Virus record (IMG/VR): IMGVR_UViG_3300043443_000233
Coordinates: 1-42,486 of that record
Strand: one strand, 5' to 3'
DNA length: 42,486 nt
Origin: a virus
Lineage: Duplodnaviria; Caudoviricetes
Numbering within the stretch: the stretch's first letter is position 1; each line of letters starts with the position of its first letter. The notes beneath the pieces were generated by a model. That model was not told the origin of the DNA and made no database searches. It was given only the letters and a program-made list of their open reading frames with translations. The position numbers and the translations under genes are program-made. Shown here in pieces: positions 9,456-18,405 of the stretch.

Positions 9456-11204
9456 TCACTTAGCTTTCAGACGCACATACCCTTCACGGATCTGCGCTTC
9501 GGTTGGGTTCTTGATGCCGACACTTTGCAGCGCCTTGACGACCGCTTCGCGGTCTGCGCCCCGTATTGTGATGGCTTCTGGATTCTGCACCTCAAACAAT
9601 CGCTTGTTCTCCACGCCCGATCGCGTCACGCCGAAAACCGACTGCTTGTAAGCCACCGGCACCTCGACCACCAGGCGCTTCATGATTTCGTCTTTTTCCT
9701 TGCGGGTCAGATCTCGACCCAGCGCACGCTGCTGGTCGTCGATCAGCGTCTCGACGCGGTACTTGAGCTCGCCGAGCCTTTTTTCGCCATCGCTGTCTTT
9801 CTTGGGACTGACATCGAGCCCGCCCTCGCTTGCCCAGAACTTGAACTGGTCATTGTCGATGGTGGCCGAGCGGACCTTGTCGTCGCCCTTGATGAGCTGC
9901 TGCTTGTTCGACAGCAGTTGCTTGACCAGCGACGCGCCGACCTTGGGCGCCATGGCAAAGATCTCGGCGTCCGACATGCTGGCGAGCTTTTGCGGGTTGC
10001 TGGCCACGGCCCAATAGGATGCGAACTTGTCGAGCTGGGCGCCCTCCCCGTCCTGGCCGCGCTTTTGGTAGGCCTCGATCTTCTCGATCATCTGGATCTG
10101 CTTCACGCCGTCGAGCTGCTTGAACTCGGGGGACTTGCGAATGGTCGACAGAGGTTCGCCCGCGATCACGCGCTGGAAGATGCCGCCGGTGATCTGCGAC
10201 TCGCGCTGGCGCACCGAGTAGTCGTGCGTGCTGGCGCGCTCTTTCAGATCGGCCATGGCCACCTTAAGCCCGTCGGGGTCGTTCTTGAACTCGCTGCGCA
10301 GCTCGGCCGCCATCGCGTCCAGGTTCACCGCCTCGGTGTCATCACCTGGGCCAAAGCCCTTCCAGACCGCATCGACCGCAGTGGCCGCACGCATCTGGCG
10401 CTCGTCGGCCTGGATCTTGTCGCGCATGGCCTTGGCCCCCTTGGAGCTCTCCACGATGGTGCCGGCCTTGACCTGGTCCTCGTAATACTTCTTGGCCGCA
10501 GCCGGGTCGGCTGAAACGCCCTTGGTCGGGTCGCCGTCGAGCTTGCGCTGGATCACCAGCATGTGCATGTTGCTGACTGCGTCCTTGACGGCCATGTCCT
10601 GCTGGTCGGCGGCCATGCCCTGGCGCATTGCGTAGCCGCGGGTGTTGGCCTTCACGCGCTCGATCGACTGCGCGACCGAGTCAGGGTCCATGAAATTCTT
10701 GGCAACGTGCTCTGTCTCGGCCTCGACCACGCCCTTGTAGACGCTCTCGCGGTAGACGTTGCCCTCTTGCGCTTCGTGGCGGGCGAGCTGGCCACCAAAC
10801 TCGAGCTTGGCCCGGCCGGCGGCGCGCTGGAACATGCGCTTTTGGTTGTCGTTGGCCAAGCCGCCCTCAATCTCCTGGGTGGCCTTGTCGAACCGGGTCA
10901 TGTACTCCTGACCAAAGGGCTTCTCGCGGTTGAAGACGTTGCCAGCCTTGACGTTGGTCGCGCCGGTTTCATACTGGCCGTCGCCGTAGGTCAGGATGTT
11001 TTGCGCCTCGCGCAGCTTGTTGAAGGCTTCCTCGGCGCGGATCTGGTCGGCTTCCTCGCGGGCTTTGCCCATGGCGTCGGCCATGTCGCCCAGGCCTTTG
11101 GCCAAGACCTGCATGCCTTGACCCACCGGCCCGATGTTGCGTGTGACGTTGGGCAAGCCCTGGAGCTGCACCTGGGGCGTGTCATAGATTGGGATGCGTG
11201 GCAT
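9456..11204 (-). CDS. Internal virion/ejection protein (582 aa, T7 gp15-like position)
   Basis: MPRIPIYD N-terminus, helical composition, second of three core genes. Confidence 0.7.
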   Translation of the reverse strand: MPRIPIYDTPQVQLQGLPNVTRNIGPVGQGMQVLAKGLGDMADAMGKAREEADQIRAEEAFNKLREAQNILTYGDGQYETGATNVKAGNVFNREKPFGQEYMTRFDKATQEIEGGLANDNQKRMFQRAAGRAKLEFGGQLARHEAQEGNVYRESVYKGVVEAETEHVAKNFMDPDSVAQSIERVKANTRGYAMRQGMAADQQDMAVKDAVSNMHMLVIQRKLDGDPTKGVSADPAAAKKYYEDQVKAGTIVESSKGAKAMRDKIQADERQMRAATAVDAVWKGFGPGDDTEAVNLDAMAAELRSEFKNDPDGLKVAMADLKERASTHDYSVRQRESQITGGIFQRVIAGEPLSTIRKSPEFKQLDGVKQIQMIEKIEAYQKRGQDGEGAQLDKFASYWAVASNPQKLASMSDAEIFAMAPKVGASLVKQLLSNKQQLIKGDDKVRSATIDNDQFKFWASEGGLDVSPKKDSDGEKRLGELKYRVETLIDDQQRALGRDLTRKEKDEIMKRLVVEVPVAYKQSVFGVTRSGVENKRLFEVQNPEAITIRGADREAVVKALQSVGIKNPTEAQIREGYVRLKAK

Positions 11205-11212
11205 GGTTTATC

Positions 11213-11689
11213 TCAAGGTTTTGCTGCGGGCTTATCGAACCAACCCATTTTCGAGCCGACCTTGCTGGTGCCAGTGAGCAAACTGCCCATGACCGCATAC
11301 TGGCCTTCGGTGGCTGCCGTCTCGCCCTGGAGCTTGAAGCTCTCGGCCTGATTCTCGTAGCCCCAAGACTCGCGCAGCGCGTTGGTGCGAATGGTCTGCG
11401 CGTCCTTCTCGCTGGTCGTGGCCGTGTCGAGCAGGATGTCGCCAAACGATCCACTGCCCACCACGGCGCCGCTGGCACCCATGGCCGCACGTTGTGCGCC
11501 GGCGACCTTGTCGCCCTTGGTGCGCGCCGCCTCGGCCTCGATGTTGCCGCGGTTGATCGCGTCGCGAGCTTTCATCTCGGACACTTGGCGGTTGTAGTCG
11601 GCCTCGCGCTGCTTGGCGGCCGCTGCCTCCATCGCGCCCACGGCCTGAACGGCTGAACTGGCCACGGCCAGTGCGATCTCAATTCCCAT
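11213..11689 (-). CDS. Small internal virion protein (T7 gp14-like position)
   Basis: Hydrophobic Ala/Gly N-terminus, QRAAMGASG..GS motif, synteny. Confidence 0.75.
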   Translation of the reverse strand: MGIEIALAVASSAVQAVGAMEAAAAKQREADYNRQVSEMKARDAINRGNIEAEAARTKGDKVAGAQRAAMGASGAVVGSGSFGDILLDTATTSEKDAQTIRTNALRESWGYENQAESFKLQGETAATEGQYAVMGSLLTGTSKVGSKMGWFDKPAAKP

Positions 11690-12134
11690 GACTTAACCCC
11701 TTACTAAAGAGCACCCCGGCATCATCGAAGCCGAGCGCTTTGAACAGGCGCGTCGTGCCCTGGACGTTGACCGCGGTGGTGATACCCATGCGAATCTGAA
11801 CAGCTCCCTGGCTTTTGGCCCACGTCTCGAAGGCGCAGATCAGGCGCACGGCGGTCACGCCATGCCGGTGCTGGGGATGCACAAAGAACGAATAGTCGAA
11901 CGCGACTTTCTCGCCAGAGAACCAGTGCTCTGTCACCCCGCCACCGATAAACCCCACCACCTCGTCCTCGAGCTGCGACACAAACACCGCACCCGCGCCA
12001 TCTATCAGCAGCTTGCACTGCCGACTTACCTTTTCATCATCGTATCCAAGACCCGCATAGCTCGAGGTGTCGTGCAACAGGCGGCCAAGGCTCACCAGGG
12101 TCGGGACATCGTCATGCGTGGCAGGTCGGATCAT
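11679..12134 (-). CDS. GNAT-family acetyltransferase (T7 gp13-like position)
   Basis: MIRPATHDD start, FFVHPQHRHG acetyl-CoA motif, LFKALGF. Confidence 0.8.
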   Translation of the reverse strand: MIRPATHDDVPTLVSLGRLLHDTSSYAGLGYDDEKVSRQCKLLIDGAGAVFVSQLEDEVVGFIGGGVTEHWFSGEKVAFDYSFFVHPQHRHGVTAVRLICAFETWAKSQGAVQIRMGITTAVNVQGTTRLFKALGFDDAGVLFSKGLSHGN

Positions 12135-12143
12135 TGACCGATT

Positions 12144-14666
12144 TTATGCGCCACCAGCGGCCACCTCGGGAATGGCTGCCAGGATCGACAGCGGCAAGGG
12201 GTCGGACTGACGCACGAACACCCGGCCGTTCTTGTTCCAGTTGGACGGGATGCGGATCTCGGCAATGCCAGTCAGCGTGTTCACCGGGTCGTCGTAATTC
12301 TCATTGGCGCGCTGCTTGTACTCGACCAGGTTGTCCGAGTCCTTGCCGGCGAAGATGCCGCGGGACTTGCGCACGATCAGGCTCACCGCCGGGATGTTCT
12401 TTTGCTTGTCGCGCACCGTCTCGGCCGTGTTGAGGTTCAGGTCCAGCGTCTCGAAGTCCGACTCGTAGGGCAGGCCAGCGTGCACCACGGCCGCCGCCAC
12501 GCCAAGGGTGATGTCGCCACTGCTGACCGCCTGCTGGGGTGCAACGTGGCCATCGGCCAGGATCGACACGGTCTTGCCCTCGAGGTGATCCAGACCCGAG
12601 AAGGTCTTGCGGGCATGCGCCCAGGATGTCGTGGCGCTGTTGCGCAGGCCGCTGTGCACGTCGCGGTTGATCGTCACCGTCACCGATGTGCCGCTGGCGC
12701 GGGCGGTGATGGCCAGGCGCAGGATCAAGCCGTCCTCGTCGGTGATGTGGATCTCGCTGCCGATGTCGCCGGTCACGAAGTAGCTGGCGCTGGCCGTCAG
12801 GGTGAAGGTGGCCGAGCTGCCGTAGGTCCATGCGCCGCTCGAGGTCAGCGTCATGGTGGTGGCGCCGGTGTTGCGGCCGTCGTAACTCAGGCCGCAGTCC
12901 ACGAAGTAGGCGTCCTTGATGTCGGTGAAGAATCGCGTGCTCATGCGCTCGACGTAGCGCTTGGTCGACCCGTCGATGGTGCGCTTGATGGCCAGATAGA
13001 CCGCGTCCTCGTTGCCCTCAGAGATGCAACACACGCTCTCGACTTCGCCATCAGTGTCGTGACGGTGCCAGCCGATCACCTGCTGCTCGCGCATGTAGGT
13101 CATGCCGAGCAAAACCCCGTCATCGCGCACCGCCCACACCACGCTGTTGGGCGTTTGCTGGTAGGTCCAGTCGGTGAGCTGGTGGCCCTCGACCAGGTGC
13201 GCAGACAGCACCGTCAGATCGTTGCCGGTGTAGCTGTCGGACGAGAACTCATAGCCCAGGTCGCGCACTGTGGAGCCCTTGTCCTGAAGGTAGAGCGCGG
13301 TGTTGCCGATGGCAATCGGTGGCCGCTTGGAGCTGCCCCGGTAGCCTTGGATCTTGGCCGCGATCGCGCTGGGACTGACCACGTCATTGTCGCCACCGCC
13401 GATCACCCACTCCGAGCCCGAGGTGAGCAGCACCAGCTTGTCCAGCGCCAGCATGTGGCGCACGGCGTTGACCTGGCGCGAGGCGATCGTGAAGGTGATC
13501 GCGTCATCGTCCACCGTCGGGTTCGATGTGCCAAAGTCTGGGAAGGCGCCGGTCCTGGACATCCAGACCGTTTGCGGCTGCGCAGGGGTGTTGGCGAACA
13601 CGATGCGCTGCTGGTAGTAGGTCACCGCCGACGGGTAGCCCTGGGTGTTGCCCCATGCCTCGAAGGCCCATTTGAAGGTGGCATTGCCAGAGCCGACCGC
13701 CTCGGCCGGCAGTCGCTGGAGCACCGTGGCCGTGGCACTGCGCGCACCGCTCACGGCGGTGATCTCGACGATGCCGAAGCCTGAGTGCTGGTATTCCCAT
13801 TCGACGCCCACGCGGGCATCGCTGTTGGAGCTCGAGCCCGGTGCACGATATACCGCACCCTCGTCGTTGTTGGTGCCGTCCCATGCCCGGCCCTCGGTGT
13901 GCGAAGGGCGCAGCGTGCCGGTGATGCGCGTGGATACCGAGCCGCTGACGTTGGGTGAGACAGCCTTGTAGACCCGGCCGTTGGCCTTGATCAGGTCGTT
14001 CTGGCTGATCGCCTTGCTGGTTTCCCAGGCCTCGACCGAGATGTTGGGCGAGGTTTCGATGTAGAGGTAGCTGTTGACGTAGCTGCTGTCGAACACATCG
14101 AAGTTGGTGGTGATCGTCACCGTGCCCGTCGCCGCGTTGGCGTAGAGGGTTTTGGCCTCGTCGGTGTTGACCTCCTGAAACGGGCCGTTCAGGTTGGCAA
14201 AGTAGTTCAGCGTCCAGGCATCGTGCGCAGTGCGCGAGATCTCCCGTGGTGGATGGCTGGGGTGGCACACGGTCAGCACGTCGGCCGACTGCGTGTAGTT
14301 CAGGTCGTCCAGCTCGGCCGTGGTCCACGGCGTGGCGATCTCGACCGGCTGGCCAGCGCTGCCGCCAGAGGAATAGACCACCTGGCCGCCGTCCTTGTAG
14401 ACGCGCATGTAGAGGTTGCCAAACTCGAGCACATAGGTCTGGGTGGTGGAAAAGGCAAAGGGGATCAGGCGCACGCGAGCGCTGTGCGTCTTCACGCCGG
14501 CGACGTACTTGGTGCCTGGCCGGTTGTCGGCGCCGCCGTAGATCTGGGAGATCATGTTGCGGCAGGTGCGCAGGCTGTTGGCGTAGCGCGCCAGGTCGAC
14601 GCGGCCATACAGGGAGGGCGAGAGCTCGCCGCCGGTGAACGATGGCTGGATCGCGCTGTTGGTCAT
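12144..14666 (-). CDS. Tail nozzle / tail tubular protein B
   Basis: QPSFTGGELSPSLYGRVD, YTQSADVL, GYPSAVTYYQQR, GWHRHDTDG and PLPLSILA motifs; 840 aa. Confidence 0.9.
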   Translation of the reverse strand: MTNSAIQPSFTGGELSPSLYGRVDLARYANSLRTCRNMISQIYGGADNRPGTKYVAGVKTHSARVRLIPFAFSTTQTYVLEFGNLYMRVYKDGGQVVYSSGGSAGQPVEIATPWTTAELDDLNYTQSADVLTVCHPSHPPREISRTAHDAWTLNYFANLNGPFQEVNTDEAKTLYANAATGTVTITTNFDVFDSSYVNSYLYIETSPNISVEAWETSKAISQNDLIKANGRVYKAVSPNVSGSVSTRITGTLRPSHTEGRAWDGTNNDEGAVYRAPGSSSNSDARVGVEWEYQHSGFGIVEITAVSGARSATATVLQRLPAEAVGSGNATFKWAFEAWGNTQGYPSAVTYYQQRIVFANTPAQPQTVWMSRTGAFPDFGTSNPTVDDDAITFTIASRQVNAVRHMLALDKLVLLTSGSEWVIGGGDNDVVSPSAIAAKIQGYRGSSKRPPIAIGNTALYLQDKGSTVRDLGYEFSSDSYTGNDLTVLSAHLVEGHQLTDWTYQQTPNSVVWAVRDDGVLLGMTYMREQQVIGWHRHDTDGEVESVCCISEGNEDAVYLAIKRTIDGSTKRYVERMSTRFFTDIKDAYFVDCGLSYDGRNTGATTMTLTSSGAWTYGSSATFTLTASASYFVTGDIGSEIHITDEDGLILRLAITARASGTSVTVTINRDVHSGLRNSATTSWAHARKTFSGLDHLEGKTVSILADGHVAPQQAVSSGDITLGVAAAVVHAGLPYESDFETLDLNLNTAETVRDKQKNIPAVSLIVRKSRGIFAGKDSDNLVEYKQRANENYDDPVNTLTGIAEIRIPSNWNKNGRVFVRQSDPLPLSILAAIPEVAAGGA

Positions 14667-14668
14667 GC

Positions 14669-15304
14669 TTAGTTGTCCTGCGTGAATACGGTGACCTGGC
14701 CAGAGTAGCCATCGCGCACGGTGACAAACTCCGATTCTGGTGCCGGGCCTTCTTGCTGCTCGTCCATGCTGTGGCCAGACGCGATCTCGATCTCGGCCCG
14801 GTATGCGTCACGCGCTGCCTTGGCCAGATCCGCCTTGACCGACAGCGGCATGGCCACCTCGCTGGCCACACGGTAGGCCAGCACGCTTGAGAACATGGGG
14901 TCGAACAGCGTGGGATCGGTCACGCGGTAGGTGTAGACCAGCTCGGCCGCATCCTGGTTGGTGTAGATCACCCGCTGGCCGTTCTCGTTGGCCACCTCGA
15001 ATTGCACGCGCTGGTCGTTGCGCGGGTTGCGCAGGCCAGCAGGCACGATGTAGCGGGTCTTGAGGCAGTCGCTGGGGTAGGTGTACTTGAAGCCCCACTC
15101 GGCAGGGGGCGCACCGGCATCGGCCAGCACCACGCGCTTCTTGGCAAAGTTCCAGGGGCGATCGCGCAGCACAAAGTCGCGGGCCTCCTCGTAGAACAGC
15201 GAGCACACGCGTGCCTCGTTGCTGGCCTCGGTCATGCTCGAGATGAATGTCGAGATGCCGATGCGGGCCAGGGCCATGTTGCAGATGCTGACGACGGTTG
15301 CCAT
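14669..15304 (-). CDS. Tail adaptor / tail tubular protein A
   Basis: ICNMALARIG and PWNFAKKR..YPSDCL motifs; synteny. Confidence 0.88.
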   Translation of the reverse strand: MATVVSICNMALARIGISTFISSMTEASNEARVCSLFYEEARDFVLRDRPWNFAKKRVVLADAGAPPAEWGFKYTYPSDCLKTRYIVPAGLRNPRNDQRVQFEVANENGQRVIYTNQDAAELVYTYRVTDPTLFDPMFSSVLAYRVASEVAMPLSVKADLAKAARDAYRAEIEIASGHSMDEQQEGPAPESEFVTVRDGYSGQVTVFTQDN

Positions 15305-15305
15305 G

Positions 15306-15620
15306 TCAAGTTCCTGGGTACATCACAGAGGCCGGGTCTTTTTTCTCACCGGGCATGAGCTCCATGTCGGTGATCTGGAGCTCGGCGCTCATGCTCTTGC
15401 CATCGTTCTGGGTGTCGTAGGCGCTGGTCGATTTGACGAAGGCCTTGGCGCTGATCATCACGGGCGTGCCGACATCGGGCAGCTCGGTGACGCCCAGCTT
15501 CTCGAGCTCGTCCTTGCCCAGGTGCAGGCAAAGACCGTAGGGGTATTCGGGGCGATCGTATTCCGCAGCCTCCATGGGCTCGGACTTCTCGCGTGCTTGC
15601 TTCATGTTGGCCATGGCCAT
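15306..15620 (-). CDS. Capsid decoration/staple-like protein
   Basis: YPYGLCLHL..ELEKLG..ELQITDM. Start moved to ATG 15620 because GGAG lies just upstream. Confidence 0.6.
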   Translation of the reverse strand: MAMANMKQAREKSEPMEAAEYDRPEYPYGLCLHLGKDELEKLGVTELPDVGTPVMISAKAFVKSTSAYDTQNDGKSMSAELQITDMELMPGEKKDPASVMYPGT

Positions 15621-15638
15621 GGTGCGCTCCAATGTGAG

Positions 15639-15665
15639 GCAGGGGCCGAAGCCCCTGCTGTTTTT
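15639..15665. terminator. Stem-loop GCAGGGGC-CGAA-GCCCCTGC downstream of the capsid genes
   Basis: Perfect 8-bp stem with a UUCG loop on the minus strand. The T-tract is on the plus-strand side. Confidence 0.55.
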
Positions 15666-15903
15666 AGATGACCTCGCGGTCCTGGACGGGCTGGTCTTTT
15701 TGCAGCTCGGACAGGGCGACGGGTTCTTCTTGCTTTGCCTTGGACTTTGCAGCCTTGGCCGGTGCTGCCTTGGCAGGCTCGGATTCTTTGACTTGCACGG
15801 GCGTGAACCACTTGGATGTCACGCCGTCCTTTGCATCGAACACCTCGCCTGCGCGACGGCGAACACCACCATAAAAGCCATCAGTGATTGCTTGTACTTT
15901 CAT
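15664..15903 (-). CDS. Small head-associated hypothetical protein
   Basis: MKVQAITDGFYGGVRRRAGEVF; typical ORF after the cement gene. Confidence 0.7.
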   Translation of the reverse strand: MKVQAITDGFYGGVRRRAGEVFDAKDGVTSKWFTPVQVKESEPAKAAPAKAAKSKAKQEEPVALSELQKDQPVQDREVI

Positions 15904-15917
15904 GTGGTGCTCCGGGC

Positions 15918-16364
15918 TTAGATGCCGTCAGGTGTGGCCACCCACTTGGCCACGTCAGTGGTCAAGAAGGCGTTGACCTTGCCGGCGGTCAGCGCAGCAG
16001 TGCCGACGTTTTGCAAGATGCCCAGGTAGCGCTCGTAAGTGCCGATGGGCAAAGCCACGGCAGCAGCGACGTAGCCAGCCACCAAGGAAGCCTTGGGGAT
16101 TGCAGCAGTCACAGCGTGCACGGTGGCGCTGCCGTCCGTGGCGATCGAGGCAGAGGCATCGGATGCCAGCTCGAAAGACACGGTGGCCGAGCCACCAGAG
16201 GTCACGGCGGTGTCGACCTGGATGACCAGGTACATCTGCTCACCGTTGCCGATGTCGCTGGACGTAGCGCCCAAGTCGATGACATCACCCACCAATGCAC
16301 GGCCAGTGGCCGATGTGCTCAGAGCCGTTGCGTCGGCAAACTCATTGCGTTCGTCGAGAATCAT
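15918..16364 (-). CDS. Capsid cement protein (Bbp16-like)
   Basis: MILDERNEF..VIDLG..ERYLG..TAGKVNAFL; follows the major capsid gene. Confidence 0.85.
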   Translation of the reverse strand: MILDERNEFADATALSTSATGRALVGDVIDLGATSSDIGNGEQMYLVIQVDTAVTSGGSATVSFELASDASASIATDGSATVHAVTAAIPKASLVAGYVAAAVALPIGTYERYLGILQNVGTAALTAGKVNAFLTTDVAKWVATPDGI

Positions 16365-16396
16365 GATGATTTCCTTTCTGTTCAGTTCAAGCCGGA

Positions 16397-17395
16397 TTAG
16401 ATGCCGGACTCGGTGTTGGTGATGGCGTCGCAGCGACGGAAGGGGATGCCGTCGAACATGGTGACGTGCTTGCCGCCAACTTGTTCCATGGTCAAAGTGG
16501 AGGCTGCAACCTTGTTGGCGATCTGGCGACGCAGGAACGAGCGCACAGTACGGTTCGCGTAGAAGGCTGGGCGACCCATCGACAAGGAAGGGATCAGCTC
16601 GGTGGCTTGCGTCAACAGGTCGACCAGGTCAGGACCCGATGCGGCGTTCTTGACCAGGTCTTCCTGGTCGATGTTGATGCGCACCACATAGCGCCAGTCG
16701 CGCACGGACAAGCCGCAGTCCCAGCGATAGTGAGTGCGGTAGGCTTCCATGCGGCCGCCGTTGCCATCGACGTTCTCGATGGTGACTTGGCCCTTGTCTT
16801 CCATGTTCAAGCCGGCCTTGCTGCCCTTGGGGTAGATGCCGTGAACAGTGTTGGGACCCCACACCACCAAGTAGATCGAGGTGTTGTCGGTGCTGTCAGG
16901 ATCGGAAGCGCTGGTCAAGATGTTGCTGCCGTTCTCAGCAGCTTGGTCGTTGAAGCGAGCGCCGAAACCGGTGAAGGCTTCTGGCTCGGTCGACTCGTTG
17001 CCGTAGAACAAAGTGGAGGCAAACTCTTGGTTCATGCCTTCGATGTGGGCGCGGTCTTCGGACAAGCGGAAAGCACCGCTGTTGCCGTTCAGATCGGCCA
17101 AAGCCTTGTCGACTTCGGCGTAGGCTTCCAACATACCGCAGGCGTCAGTCACTTGGACGGTGCGCGACTTGGTAGGTTGAACGCCGCCGTACAGCTTGCG
17201 CCATGTCGGGGTGGGCAGACCGCTGCGAACAGTGGTGCGGTGGCCGGTAGGCAGGTTGCCTTCCAGCCAGACCATGTCCTCGAGGACTTCGTTGGTTTGA
17301 GAGAGGATCTCGGCGATCGTGTCGATCTTGCCGTTGGGGTCCAAACGCTTGGTGATGTCCAAGAGTGTGGGGTGGGTTGCTGCCAAAGTAGCCAT
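16397..17395 (-). CDS. Major capsid protein (BPP-1 Bbp17 / epsilon15 gp7 family)
   Basis: EILSQTNEVLEDM.WLEGNLPTGH, GLSVRDWRYVVRI and GIPFRRCDAI motifs. Confidence 0.95.
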   Translation of the reverse strand: MATLAATHPTLLDITKRLDPNGKIDTIAEILSQTNEVLEDMVWLEGNLPTGHRTTVRSGLPTPTWRKLYGGVQPTKSRTVQVTDACGMLEAYAEVDKALADLNGNSGAFRLSEDRAHIEGMNQEFASTLFYGNESTEPEAFTGFGARFNDQAAENGSNILTSASDPDSTDNTSIYLVVWGPNTVHGIYPKGSKAGLNMEDKGQVTIENVDGNGGRMEAYRTHYRWDCGLSVRDWRYVVRINIDQEDLVKNAASGPDLVDLLTQATELIPSLSMGRPAFYANRTVRSFLRRQIANKVAASTLTMEQVGGKHVTMFDGIPFRRCDAITNTESGI

Positions 17396-17405
17396 GATTT
17401 TCCTT

Positions 17406-18086
17406 TCAGTTCATGCTGGGGAACATTTTTTTAGCCGGGTCGCCTTGCACCCCGTCGCGAGACGATTGTACGAAGGTGTCCTCGGCCATCGCTTTACCAA
17501 TGCGTGCAAACACGCGTACCAGCTCGGGGTGGTTGCCCATCCCGGTGGCGTCCATTTGGGCCTTGAGCTCGGGCGTGCCAAACTTGGCGAGAGCAGCCTG
17601 GGCATGTCGCACGGACGTGTCCATGTTGTGCCCGCCAATCTCTTTGTCAGCCTTCACATCGTCGACCCACTTCGCAGTCGTCTCCCGCCAACTCTCTTGC
17701 TGCTTTTGTGCGAGCTCGGTCATGCGCTTGGAATAGATGTCGGCGAGCTTCTGGGCCTGCTCGTTCGACAGGTTGAGCTCTCGCGCAACCGGGTCGAACT
17801 CTGCAAGTGCAGCCTCGTCGAGGGTCATTCCATCGGGGACCTTGAGGTCGTACTTTTCCGGGGCTCCGGGTGCCTTGCCATCCTTGTTATCGGTCTGGCT
17901 CTGGTCACCGTTCGCGCCGGCATCGCCATTGGAGTTGTTGGGATCTGCTGCGTTGGCCGGTGCCCCGCCGTTGGCTGCGTCACCCGTGGGTGCCGCGGTC
18001 ATCAGCGAAGTGCCAGCCGCTGCCTGATCGCCACTCGGAGCTGCGTCGGTGTTCTGTGCAGCGCTTGAGTTGTTCGCATCAGCCAT
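17406..18086 (-). CDS. Capsid scaffolding protein
   Basis: Low-complexity N-terminus, APEKYDL, GNHPELVRVFARIGKAMAED; directly upstream of the capsid gene. Confidence 0.8.
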   Translation of the reverse strand: MADANNSSAAQNTDAAPSGDQAAAGTSLMTAAPTGDAANGGAPANAADPNNSNGDAGANGDQSQTDNKDGKAPGAPEKYDLKVPDGMTLDEAALAEFDPVARELNLSNEQAQKLADIYSKRMTELAQKQQESWRETTAKWVDDVKADKEIGGHNMDTSVRHAQAALAKFGTPELKAQMDATGMGNHPELVRVFARIGKAMAEDTFVQSSRDGVQGDPAKKMFPSMN

Positions 18087-18405
18087 TGGATTCTGTGTCC
18101 TTCTTTGCTTCTGTCATCATTTGGATGTACTGCTCGGCGCAAGCCTCGTGCACATCCGCCAAAACAATGAGGCCCATGTTTCGCTGGCCCTCATTGAAAA
18201 AAGTGGTGCTGTTTCCCGTAAATGATGTGCGAAACACACCAGCCCGGTCGAGCAAGCGCCAGATAAATCGGCGGCCCTCGATGCTCTGCATCAAGGTTCG
18301 CAGGTCGTGCAGCTCGCGATCGCGCACCGACTCGTCTTTGCGCTTGCGGGACTTCACGCCCTCCTCGTCCGCCGCATTGTAGGACTTGACCTTGGGATCG
18401 CTCAT
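18079..18405 (-). CDS. Bbp19-like head protein
   Basis: GRRFIWRLL..FNEGQRNMGL motif between portal and scaffold. Confidence 0.8.
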   Translation of the reverse strand: MSDPKVKSYNAADEEGVKSRKRKDESVRDRELHDLRTLMQSIEGRRFIWRLLDRAGVFRTSFTGNSTTFFNEGQRNMGLIVLADVHEACAEQYIQMMTEAKKDTESNG